Assembly: GCA_965217775.1 (NCBI GenBank)
Contig: CBDCJH010000002.1
Span: 2,144,001 to 2,208,000 of the forward strand
Direction: 5' to 3'
DNA length: 64,000 nt
Source: Acidobacteriota bacterium
Lineage (GTDB): Bacteria; Acidobacteriota; UBA6911; RPQK01; JAJDTT01
Shown here: positions 19,801 through 28,030 of the stretch, one piece after another
Layout: every line of letters starts with the position of its first letter
How positions within the stretch are numbered: the stretch's first letter is position 1
Notes under the pieces: model-generated
What the model was told of the DNA's origin: nothing
The model's input: only the letters and a program-made list of their open reading frames with translations
The model's database searches: none
Made by a program: the position numbers and the translations under genes

Positions 19801-20075
19801 TGATGCTGGAGGGGGGCGCCTCACCCGGGGAACGGATCGGATTTGCCTACCGGTTGGCCACGGGCCGGCAGCCTGACGCCCGGAGAAAGGCGATCCTCCT
19901 GGAGAGCTATCGCCACTATCTGGCCAACTACGAAAAGAATCGAAAGGCGGCGCTCCAACTGGTGATCCAGGGAGAGAGACCCCGAAATCCGGAGTTGGAC
20001 TTGGCGGAGCTGGCCTCGTATACGACGGTGGCCAGTCTGATCCTGAATCTGGACGAGACTATCTCCAAGGAATAA
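16893..20075 (+). CDS. PSCyt1/DUF1549/DUF1553 protein with an inserted LamG (ConA-like) domain
   Basis: CFACH and CARCHDHKYDP; WLDAARYADTNG; LamG motifs FTLAVWVRP, WRHVAATYD and FRGQIDDIRIY; NPLTARVTVNRFW. Start uncertain (16851 or 16893). Confidence 0.92.
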   Translation: MAFFRSSLPHIIILATVLASGTAGSTARRPDPAVEFNRDIRPILSDKCFACHGPDENKRMSPLRLDTRDGALADLGGRFAILPGDAEGSGLISRVNSADSLTRMPPSYSGKILSDHEKELLRNWIDQGAHWQNHWSFRPPERPEPPTISDPEWVRNPIDRFVLARLEGTGLKPSPEADPAALIRRVSLDLTGFPPEREDLDRFLEDPTDEAYERAVDRLLNSSRYGERMAVRWLDAARYADTNGYQTDAERSMWRWRDWVIDAFNRNLPFDDFTVEQVAGDMLPDATLDQRIASAFNRNHRGNGEGGIIPEEYRVEYVVDRVETTSTVWLGLTMGCARCHDHKYDPFTQREFYEMFAYFNNVPEKGRAFKYGNSPPYIYAPTDAQRRRLQELEADLSEAKRIFEEHRPESDRLQRSWEEALTSSNLVNWSLRDDLEVAYSLDGHLTAETPGVHPPATRLLDGVPHFVPGPVGTAASFDDKRYVDAGTVAAFGVTDRFTLAVWVRPETSEGAILSKTQSEFEGEGQGSRGYGLFLRDGKLQLNLVVRWLDDSLRVETVESLKPGEWRHVAATYDASFQAKGIRIYIDGKPAPIRVLLDFMNQNFYVKDPLRIGAAGPKERFRGQIDDIRIYRGVLPPERVAVLATSRSLDQIARIPRAERTPGQTEKLRLGFVDQYAPVEIRDSWRRVLDLAAERKSLILTFPTVMVMQERTTPRETFILDRGAYDSPTERVEPGVPALFSGLRNGAPANRLEFARWLVDPSNPLTARVTVNRFWQMYFGQGLVRTAENFGSQGEWPTHPLLLDWLATEFMESGWDVKALQRAIVLSATYRQSSQSTPALRSRDPQNRLLARGPRFRLPAEVIRDQALFLAGLMVEKQGGPSVKPYQPDGLWEELTSGQFYNQSEGEDLYRRSLYTYWKRTIAPPFMLTFDASGREACAVLETRTNTPLQALNLMNDVTYVEAARFLAQRMMLEGGASPGERIGFAYRLATGRQPDARRKAILLESYRHYLANYEKNRKAALQLVIQGERPRNPELDLAELASYTTVASLILNLDETISKE

Positions 20076-20078
20076 GAC

Positions 20079-21554
20079 ATGGATCCACGACCTGAAATGG
20101 GCCTGCTACTGACCCGGCGTCATTTCTTCGGGCTCGGCAGCACAGGGATCGGGACGGCGGCTCTGGCGACGCTCCTGAATCGGGACCTGGGCGCTGCGGG
20201 TCTGGGACGGTCCCCCTCCTCCGGGGACACGACGCGCGGGCTGCCCGGCTATCCCCATTACGCCCCGACGGCCAAACGGGTCATCTACCTGTTCCAGTCG
20301 GGCGCCCCCTCGCAGATGGAGCTTTTCGACTACAAGCCGGGACTGCAGGAGCTGCGCGGAACGGAGCTTCCCGACTCCATCCGCAAGGGGCAGCGCCTGA
20401 CCGGCATGACGGCCGCCCAGTCCAGCTTCCCGGTGGCTCCCACGCTGTTCAATTTCAGCCAGCATGGCCAGTCGGGGGCCTGGGTCAGCGAACTCATGCC
20501 GCACACCGCCGGAATCGTCGACGACATCAGCTTCGTGAAATCGATGCACACCGAGGCCATCAATCACGACCCGGCGGTCACCTTCTTCCAGACCGGAGCC
20601 CAGTTGGCCGGCCGGCCCAGCATCGGTTCCTGGATCTCCTACGGCCTGGGCAGCGACACCGAGGACCTGCCGTCGTTCGTGGTCATGGTCTCCATGGGAA
20701 CGGGTGCGCCCGGCGGTCAACCGCTTTACGACCGGCTCTGGGGCAGCGGCTTCCTACCGACCCGCTACCAGGGAGTGAAGTTCCGATCCGTGGGAGACCC
20801 GGTCCTGTACCTCTCCAATCCACCCGGCCTGAATCGGACCGGCCGCCGGCGTTTTCTGGACGATCTGGGCCGCCTCAACCAGCTCAAGGCCGAGGAATAC
20901 CAGGACCCGGAGATCAACACGCGGATCTCCCAGTACGAGATGGCCTATCGAATGCAGGCGTCGGTTCCGGATCTGACCGATCTCTCGGACGAGCCGGAGC
21001 AGATTTTCGAACTGTACGGCCCGGAGTCCCGGAAACCGGGCACCTTCGCGGCCAACTGCCTGCTGGCCCGGCGTCTGGCCGAGCGCGGCACCCGGTTCAT
21101 CCAGCTCTTTCACCGGGGCTGGGATCAACACACCCGCCTTCCCAAGCAGATCCGGGGACAGTGCTACGATACGGACCAGCCGTCGGCCGCCCTGGTTCAG
21201 GACCTCAAGGAGCGAGGGCTGCTGGAGGACACCCTGGTCATCTGGGGAGGAGAGTTCGGACGAACCGTCTACTCCCAGGGGCGTCTCACCGAGGACGACT
21301 ACGGACGGGACCACCATCCCCGCTGCTTCACCATCTGGTTGGCCGGAGGCGGCATCCAGCCGGGAGTCGTCTATGGAGAGACCGACGACTTCTGCTACAA
21401 CATCACTCGGGACCCGGTCCACGTCCACGATCTGCAGGCCACCATCCTCCACTGCCTGGGAATCGACCACACCCGCCTGACCTACAAGTACCAGGGCCGG
21501 GACTTCAGGCTCACCGACGTTCATGGCAACCCGGTGAAGCCGATCCTCTCCTGA
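20079..21554 (+). CDS. DUF1501 domain protein
   Basis: TRRHFF Tat-like leader; [23 protein letters not shown]; GWDQH; WGGEFGRT; GRDHHP; [11 protein letters not shown]. Confidence 0.93.
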   Translation: MDPRPEMGLLLTRRHFFGLGSTGIGTAALATLLNRDLGAAGLGRSPSSGDTTRGLPGYPHYAPTAKRVIYLFQSGAPSQMELFDYKPGLQELRGTELPDSIRKGQRLTGMTAAQSSFPVAPTLFNFSQHGQSGAWVSELMPHTAGIVDDISFVKSMHTEAINHDPAVTFFQTGAQLAGRPSIGSWISYGLGSDTEDLPSFVVMVSMGTGAPGGQPLYDRLWGSGFLPTRYQGVKFRSVGDPVLYLSNPPGLNRTGRRRFLDDLGRLNQLKAEEYQDPEINTRISQYEMAYRMQASVPDLTDLSDEPEQIFELYGPESRKPGTFAANCLLARRLAERGTRFIQLFHRGWDQHTRLPKQIRGQCYDTDQPSAALVQDLKERGLLEDTLVIWGGEFGRTVYSQGRLTEDDYGRDHHPRCFTIWLAGGGIQPGVVYGETDDFCYNITRDPVHVHDLQATILHCLGIDHTRLTYKYQGRDFRLTDVHGNPVKPILS

Positions 21555-21588
21555 CCCGTTTTTCATCTCCCCAGAAAGGAGTCATGGC

Positions 21589-22827
21589 ATGGGCACCTTG
21601 CTCACGGTGGCCGCGCTCACGCTGATCATTTCGGGAATGTGCTCGCTCTTCGAGGCGACCCTTTACTCGACCACGGTTCCCACTCTGGAGGCGGCCCAGG
21701 CCAAGGGTCCGAGACGCCAACTGGCGCGGCGTTTCCTGACCATGAAGACGGCCATCGCCCGCCCCACCTCCGCCATCCTGATCCTGAACACCCTCGCCAA
21801 TACGGGAGGCGCCACCATCGCCGGCATGTACGCCGCCCAGGTCCTGGGCGTGTCCTGGGTACCGGTCTTCTCAGGGGGCCTGACCCTGGCTATTCTGCTG
21901 CTGTCGGAGATCCTGCCCAAGACCTACGGCGCCGTTCATTGGCGCCGTCTCTGGCCCTTCATCGTCTGGCCGCTGGCCAGCATGGAGAAACTCTTCTATC
22001 CGGTCATCCGGTCTTTGGAGGGGCTGACCCGGCTCCTGACCCGGGGGACCCCGGTGGGCCAACCGACCGAGGGGGAGATTCTCTCCATGATCCGGTTGGG
22101 AGCCCGCTCGGGAGAGTTGAGCGCCACCGAACTGCAACTGCTGAACTCCGTCTTTCGCTTCGACGAGATGGTCTGCCGCCAAGCGATGGTGCCGCGCCGC
22201 GAGGTCGCCTTTCTGAGGATGGACGACACTTTGGACAAGGCCCTGGCATTGGCCCGTCAGACCCGGCACTCGCGTTATCCCCTATGCCGGACCTCCCTGG
22301 ACGACGCCACAGCGCTGATCCACGTCAAGGATCTTCTCAACGTCTCCCGGGACCTGAACCCGGATCTGGTTTCCCTGGCCCGATCGTTCCCGGCGATCCC
22401 GGAAACCCTGTCCTTGAGCCGGCTGTTGCGGCGCATGCAGGCTGAGCATTTGCACATGGCTCTGGTGGTGGACGAGCACGGAACCGCGGTGGGGGTCATC
22501 ACCCTCGAGAACGTGCTGGAGGAACTGGTGGGAGCGGTCCAGGACGAGTTCGACCGGGAGGCGCCGGACATCGTGCCCGACGGCGCGGATCGTTTCCGGG
22601 TCAGGGGGCAGATCTCTCTGGGCTGGCTCAATCAGGAGCTGGAGCTGGAGTTGGAGGCTCCGCATGTCGACACCCTCTCGGGTCTGATCGTGAGCCATCT
22701 GGGCCGCCTGCCCGCAAGAGGCGACGCGTTGGAGCTGGAACAGGTCACCTTCCGGGTGCTGGAGGTCAAGCAAGGACTGGCGTCCCAGGTCCGGCTTCAG
22801 ATAAAGCCGAAGGCCCCGGACCGGTGA
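21589..22827 (+). CDS. CNNM/hemolysin-family (DUF21-CBS-CorC) membrane protein
   Basis: SLFEATL, LSEILPK, MVPRREV, HSRYPL, VVDEHGTAVGVITLENVLEELVG. Confidence 0.92.
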   Translation: MGTLLTVAALTLIISGMCSLFEATLYSTTVPTLEAAQAKGPRRQLARRFLTMKTAIARPTSAILILNTLANTGGATIAGMYAAQVLGVSWVPVFSGGLTLAILLLSEILPKTYGAVHWRRLWPFIVWPLASMEKLFYPVIRSLEGLTRLLTRGTPVGQPTEGEILSMIRLGARSGELSATELQLLNSVFRFDEMVCRQAMVPRREVAFLRMDDTLDKALALARQTRHSRYPLCRTSLDDATALIHVKDLLNVSRDLNPDLVSLARSFPAIPETLSLSRLLRRMQAEHLHMALVVDEHGTAVGVITLENVLEELVGAVQDEFDREAPDIVPDGADRFRVRGQISLGWLNQELELELEAPHVDTLSGLIVSHLGRLPARGDALELEQVTFRVLEVKQGLASQVRLQIKPKAPDR

Positions 22828-23582
22828 TGGCGGGCGTGATACATTCAATTCGTTCCCGGCTCATTCTGATCCTGCTCTTCCTCGTTGCCACCAACGGGGC
22901 TGCGTGCATCCTGCACTCCGGCCAACAGTATCGCCATTTCGCCACACCCACACCGATCAAGCAGGACGACACCCTGATCCTGGGTTTCATGGGCGGCCGC
23001 GACGCCTGGAACAACACCAACGTCGGCGTGGGCCGGATCGCCCGGCGTCTCCGTCAACGAAATCTTTCGGGAGTGCACGTCGAGACGGTCGAGAACCAGA
23101 AGCGGGATCTGGCCCTGCGCCTCGTCCGTGAGGCCTTGGACGCGAACCGCGACGGACGGCTCGAGTCCGAGGAACGCATCCAGGCGCGAATCGTGGTTTA
23201 CGGACAGAGCTTCGGCGGGGCCGCCGTCGTCAAGTTTGCCCGCCAGCTCGACGCGCTGGGGATCCCGATCCTGCTGACCATCCAGGTGGACAGTGTCGGG
23301 CGCGGCGACGCGATGATTCCCCCCAACGTCCGCGCCGCGGCCAACATCTACCAGGACAACGGACGCCTGATCCGGGGAGAGGCGCCGATCCGAGCCGTGG
23401 ATCCAACCCGGACCAAGATTCTCGGCAATTTCCGCTTCGACTACGCGGACAGCCCCATCGACGTGTCCGATCTCCCCTGGTACAAAACCCTGGCCCGCAT
23501 CGCCCACGCCAAAATGGATCGCGATCCCAAGGTATGGAACAAGGTGAAGAAGCTAATCCTTGAGGGCCTGAAAGGGCCTTGA
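22824..23582 (+). CDS. Exported/lipoprotein alpha/beta-hydrolase-like hypothetical protein
   Basis: Signal-like N-terminus with GAAC; nucleophile elbow YGQSFGG; late His (AHAKMD). Start may be ATG at 22827. Confidence 0.65.
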   Translation: MMAGVIHSIRSRLILILLFLVATNGAACILHSGQQYRHFATPTPIKQDDTLILGFMGGRDAWNNTNVGVGRIARRLRQRNLSGVHVETVENQKRDLALRLVREALDANRDGRLESEERIQARIVVYGQSFGGAAVVKFARQLDALGIPILLTIQVDSVGRGDAMIPPNVRAAANIYQDNGRLIRGEAPIRAVDPTRTKILGNFRFDYADSPIDVSDLPWYKTLARIAHAKMDRDPKVWNKVKKLILEGLKGP

Positions 23583-23729
23583 ATTGAAGGAACTGCCTCA
23601 CCGCGCGGCGACTCGCCGAAGCCACGAGAAAAACCCGTACTTGGTCTCCGCCGGCACGTGTGATGAAACCGCCGCCGGTTTTCCGTCTTCCGTTTGGAAT
23701 TTGTGATTTGGAATTTGTCCGAGTTGGGG

Positions 23730-23802
23730 TGGGCCGTGCTGGGATCGAACCAGCGACCCTCTGCTTAAAAGGCAGATGCTCTACCGACTGAGCTAACGGC
23801 CC
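23730..23802 (-). tRNA. tRNA-Lys(UUU)
   Basis: GGGCCGTTAGCTCAGTCGGTAGAGCATCTGCCTTTTAAGCAGAGGGTCGCTGGTTCGATCCCAGCACGGCCCA; anticodon TTT; CCA not encoded. Confidence 0.95.
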
Positions 23803-23963
23803 ACAATTGGACGCCGGAAGCACGCATCAAGATCGGGCTGGGGTTTCCGGCGAGCGTCAGTCTAGCAGATTCCCCGCGATTCGAGCCATGGAAGGTCAAG
23901 GGCCAAAGTGAACACTAATTATGACTGGTCATATAATATGTCCAATTTAGAGGAATCCGTACG

Positions 23964-24188
23964 ATGAAGACGATTGGAGCTGCAAAATTCAAAGAGCAGT
24001 GCTTGGCCCTGTTGGATCGGCTTGATGCAGAGGGCTTGATCGTCACCAAGCATGGCAAGCCGGTCGCACGCGTCCTCCCCTTCGATCAGGATTGCGCCGA
24101 CTTGATCGGCAGCCTGAAAAACAAGATTGAGATCCGGGGCGATATCCTGACGACTGGCGTCCGCTGGAACGCAGATGCTCAATCTTGA
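23964..24188 (+). CDS. Phd/YefM-family antitoxin (VapB)
   Basis: MKTIGAAKFKEQCLALLDRLDAEGLIVTKHGKPVARVLP. Confidence 0.88.
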   Translation: MKTIGAAKFKEQCLALLDRLDAEGLIVTKHGKPVARVLPFDQDCADLIGSLKNKIEIRGDILTTGVRWNADAQS

Positions 24189-24699
24189 CAGCCCGTGGTA
24201 AAAGTCGTCACGGCATTCGACCGTCCCTGCATCCCGGCGGACTGCGTTGCGACTCGGTCACATACTCCCGGTATGCTCCCTCATCGCGCCTTGTCCGGCG
24301 GGTGCAGGACCGGTCTCGGTGCTCGCGAGACTTTCACCACGGACTGTTGATACTCACATTCTGGTCCGTGCCCTCGCTGGTGAACTCCGCCCGTCCGAGC
24401 GGATCCTTCTGACACGGAACCGAGGGTCAGTTTCCGACATCGTGTTATGGGAGTTGGCCAAACTCGTTCAACTGGGCCGGGCGGAACTCGACCTCGCCGA
24501 CCGTGAAGTAGTGCGCACCTTGAATCGCGTGCAGATATGGCCGATCGACCTCGCTGTCGCCATCGCGTGCACCCGCCTCGATTTCAAGGGCGATCCCGCG
24601 GACGAGCTTATTGCCGCGACCAGCATCGTCCACAACGTACCGCTCCTCACCCGGGACCGGGCCATCCTGGGCTCGAGGATCGTCCCCTTGGCGTCGTAG
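24175..24699 (+). pseudogene. vapC: VapC PIN toxin disrupted by a MITE in codon 5
   Basis: Removing 24189-24350 restores MLNLDTHILVRAL...SDIVLWELAKL...DPADELIAATS..PLLTRD. Confidence 0.88.
24189..24346 (+). mobile_element. 158-bp MITE, copy 1, TSD TTGA
   Basis: TIRs CAGCCCGTGGTAAAAGTC / GACTTTCACCACGGACTG; TTGA at 24185-24188 and 24347-24350; homologous to the copies at 30457 and 30619. Confidence 0.92.
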
Positions 24700-24920
24700 G
24701 TCAGAACGCGGACCCAGCCGGAAGAAACGATTCCGCTGCCGATTTCTTGGGGGAAGTCCTGCTCGTCGATTTCGGAACTGGGCGCCCCCAAGACGATCTC
24801 CACTCGACATTGGGTCCGAAGTGAACCCTGTATCACGTTCGTTCATCGAACCAATCGAAAGCCGTGTTCTTTCAAATTCGGAAACAAGTCCGGTTATTTA
24901 GAATCCGCTCCTTCAGATCC

Positions 24921-26423
24921 ATGAGGTTGCAACGGCGGATTCTCCCGGCGTGTCTGACGGCGCTCTGGCCGGTATGGTTGTGGACGATCTACGCTCAGGA
25001 TCAGATTCCCAGCTTCCGAGCCGAATCGGACGTGGTGCTCGTGGACGTCATCGTCACTGACCGGAAGGGCAAATTCATAGCCGATCTGACCCCCGAAGAG
25101 ATCCAGGTGTTCGAGGATGGAAAGCCTCAGGACATCCGATACTTTCGAATCAGTCGACGGGGGTCTGCGGGAAAGGAATCCTGCGTCGAACTTCCGGCGT
25201 TGACGGGCGCCTATTATGCCTTCCTCGTCGATCTCCAGACCCTGACCCTGGACACGGTGGAGAGGACCAAGGAATCCATTCGAGAGTTCTTGCGTTCGGA
25301 GATCAATCCCCGCGACCGGTTCATGCTGGCTGCCGTCGGCCCCAAATTTCGAGTGGTTCAACCATTTACCCGGGACCGCAACAAGCTGGAGGAAGCCTTG
25401 GACGAGATTGCCTTCTATCCCTGGTTACCTCCAGCGCTCACGCCTCTGCAGGTACTCCATCTGGTCACCGGGCAAGCGAAGCTGTCGTGCCGGACACTCT
25501 CGTCTCTCTCCCGGCACCTGGGCTTCCTGCCGAACCGCAAGCACATACTCTATTTCTCCCGGGGGTACAAGCTGAGAATGTCGGCCTTGGCGAGTGTGTC
25601 CCGACGAGCTCCCAAAGTCACCGTCTCTCTGACGAAAGATCTTCTCTCCGTGGTCGATCAGGCCAATCGCAACCAGGTGACCGTCCACAGCATCGATCCA
25701 CGAGGACTGATGGCGGTTCCGTCCGGGTTCATCGCTTCCGCCGGGATCGTGGACCCGGAGTCCACCCACGAGTTCCTTGCAATACTTTCGAAGGACACGG
25801 GAGGACTTCTCGCAACCAGAGAGAACGATCTGCTGGTCCCGATTCGAGAGGCCTACCAGGACGGCCGGGAATTTTATCTCCTGGGGTACGTTCCGAATAC
25901 CAAGAAGAAGGTCGGCGAGTTCCATGAGATCACGGTCAGGGTGAAACGGGAAGGCCTACGGCTCCGGTACCGCAAGGGATACGTGGACCGGGACCCGCAG
26001 GCTTCTGCCGAGTCCGAGTTGTCGAATGCATTCAAGTTTCCGGACCTGTACAAGGAATTTTCCTTCGACCTCGATGTCGTCCAGAAGGGTGGAAAGCTCG
26101 CCGTACGCGCCCGGATCCCCACCAAAGCGCTTCACTTTACTCCCGAGGGAGAAAACAACCGTTGTGTCCTGGAAATCTTCGGAGTCGTCTTCGACCAGTT
26201 CGACGAACCCACGGAGAAGGAGTTTTTCCTGGCCAAGAGCATTGATCTCGATTTCGACACCAAGAGTCTGGAGGCTTTCCGCCGCTATGAGAGCCTGGGA
26301 CCCTGGATGGAGAAGAATTCTCCTGAGAATGGCAGCTATCTCGTGGTGGTTCTCCGGCAGAAACGCACCGGAGAACTTGCTGCGGCCAAGGCCGATCTGG
26401 AAGGGAGCGAGCGCTCCGACTGA
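24921..26423 (+). CDS. Acidobacterial VWA-related domain protein
   Basis: FRAESDVVLVDVIVTDRKGKFIADL..EDGKPQ; ANRNQVTVHSIDPRGL; DTGG; YLLGYVP..FHEITVRV..RYRKGY. Confidence 0.85.
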   Translation: MRLQRRILPACLTALWPVWLWTIYAQDQIPSFRAESDVVLVDVIVTDRKGKFIADLTPEEIQVFEDGKPQDIRYFRISRRGSAGKESCVELPALTGAYYAFLVDLQTLTLDTVERTKESIREFLRSEINPRDRFMLAAVGPKFRVVQPFTRDRNKLEEALDEIAFYPWLPPALTPLQVLHLVTGQAKLSCRTLSSLSRHLGFLPNRKHILYFSRGYKLRMSALASVSRRAPKVTVSLTKDLLSVVDQANRNQVTVHSIDPRGLMAVPSGFIASAGIVDPESTHEFLAILSKDTGGLLATRENDLLVPIREAYQDGREFYLLGYVPNTKKKVGEFHEITVRVKREGLRLRYRKGYVDRDPQASAESELSNAFKFPDLYKEFSFDLDVVQKGGKLAVRARIPTKALHFTPEGENNRCVLEIFGVVFDQFDEPTEKEFFLAKSIDLDFDTKSLEAFRRYESLGPWMEKNSPENGSYLVVVLRQKRTGELAAAKADLEGSERSD

Positions 26424-26532
26424 GGCACCCCACCGACGGCAAAGTCGCAGATCAGGGAATCCCGAGGGTCAAAAGATTCGACAAATAGAATCGGTCGAAT
26501 CTTCCAAAGAATTGATGACAATTGTACAAAGT

Positions 26533-26640
26533 ATGGATTGCGCGGTACGGTGCCGCGCTCCCCTATTGACATTGGATCGGTCACTGAGGCGCGCCGCAGA
26601 AGAACTCGCCATCAAGGTCTTAGTTCCAGAGGACTACAAT
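26533..26640 (+). pseudogene. C-terminal fragment of a PIN toxin
   Basis: DCAVRCRAPLLTLDRSLRRAAEELAIKVL resembles a PIN C-terminus and directly precedes a Phd-like gene. Confidence 0.6.
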
Positions 26641-26881
26641 GGAGATCTATTCCTACTCGGAAGCCAGACAGAAACTTGCCAGTGTATTGGACGAGGCGGA
26701 TTCAACAGGCAAGGTGTTCATCCGTCGAAGAGACGGCAGGACCTATGCTCTGGTTCCGGAGGGAATCCCCACGTCACCCTTGGACGTTCCCTCGATCAGT
26801 GCAGATATTTCTACCCAGGAGATCGTCTCACTGATCAGACACGAGCGAGGCAGATCGAGAGGTTTGAAGAGGCTCGGCTGA
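26639..26881 (+). CDS. Phd/YefM-like antitoxin
   Basis: MEIYSYSEARQKLASVLDEADSTGKVFIRRRDGRTYALVP. Confidence 0.8.
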   Translation: MEIYSYSEARQKLASVLDEADSTGKVFIRRRDGRTYALVPEGIPTSPLDVPSISADISTQEIVSLIRHERGRSRGLKRLG

Positions 26882-26976
26882 CCTCAGCCACTACGTCTGG
26901 AGACGCAGTGCGACAAGCAACGTCGGAGGGATGTCGCTTCACACGCAACGACCCGGTGCAACCTGCCGGTTCGAAC

Positions 26977-27066
<90 letters not shown>

Positions 27067-27150
27067 GATCATGGAAATTCAAGCCGTGAATTTTACTTCC
27101 TGGGTGGGTCCGGAACAAGGCCGCGTCCCGGCGGGAGCCTGGTCGAGGCC

Positions 27151-27987
27151 TTACCTGGAGGTGGCATCCGGCCAGTAGGCGGCCGCGGCGTTCCCTCCCA
27201 TGACGGCCGCCAATTCCCCGGGTTCCAGGTCGGTGTAGAAGCGTTCCTGGAGTCCCAAAGCACTAGCGTAGCTGCACTTGAGCAGGACGTGGGGGAAGTC
27301 GCTTCCCCAGACCAGCCGATCCGCGCCGAAGGCCTCGTGGAAGGCCCTGAAGAACGGATGGCAGTCCCGGTACGGCCACCCTTGCCGGGAGTGGTAGTAG
27401 TAGCCGCTGACCTTCACCGAAATCTGGGGAAACCGGCTCAGATCCAGCAGGTCCCGGAATGCCGGATCGCCGGTTCCGGCCGTCACGTCGGGATAGGCCA
27501 TGTGATCGATGAGGAGAGGAACCCGCGGAAACCGCTCCGCCAACCCGGCCAGGGCCGGGACATGCTCCATCCTCATGAGCAGGTTGACGGCGATTCCCAG
27601 ATCCTGGGCCGCTTCCCAGACCGGATACGAAGCGGGCCGGCCAAATGTCAATTCCTCGCCGGGAACGCTGGGACGGATTCTCAATCCCCGGCAACCCCGT
27701 TCCCGGACCCAGTAGCGAAGACGCCGGTCCGCGCCCTCCCGCCGCGGGTCCACGTAACACACGGCCGCCAAGCGATCCGGATCACGGGCGGCGCAATCGG
27801 CCACGTAGGAATTGTCCTCGCCCGGGTAGAAAGGCTGCACCACGACGGCCCGGTCAACTCCATGTTCGTCCATATACTGCTTCAGCAAATCCACGGGGAC
27901 GTCCGAGGTCGGACTCACGATGGTGGCGCCGGGATTGGGATGATCGGGAGCCGAGCGCCAGACATGAAGATGCGCATCTACGATCAT
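27151..27987 (-). CDS. Amidohydrolase_2 family protein (lactonase-like)
   Basis: MIVDAHLHVW, IDHMA, VKVSG, RLVWGSDFPH. Confidence 0.9.
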   Translation of the reverse strand: MIVDAHLHVWRSAPDHPNPGATIVSPTSDVPVDLLKQYMDEHGVDRAVVVQPFYPGEDNSYVADCAARDPDRLAAVCYVDPRREGADRRLRYWVRERGCRGLRIRPSVPGEELTFGRPASYPVWEAAQDLGIAVNLLMRMEHVPALAGLAERFPRVPLLIDHMAYPDVTAGTGDPAFRDLLDLSRFPQISVKVSGYYYHSRQGWPYRDCHPFFRAFHEAFGADRLVWGSDFPHVLLKCSYASALGLQERFYTDLEPGELAAVMGGNAAAAYWPDATSR

Positions 27988-28030
27988 TCTTCGTTCCCGG
28001 AAGTGGCATGGAATGGGAGCGCCCGGTGCC

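Noticed and set aside
23690-23720. Heptamer tandem TTTGGAA/TTTGTGA downstream of tRNA-Lys
   Set aside because: Only about three degenerate units; too short to interpret.
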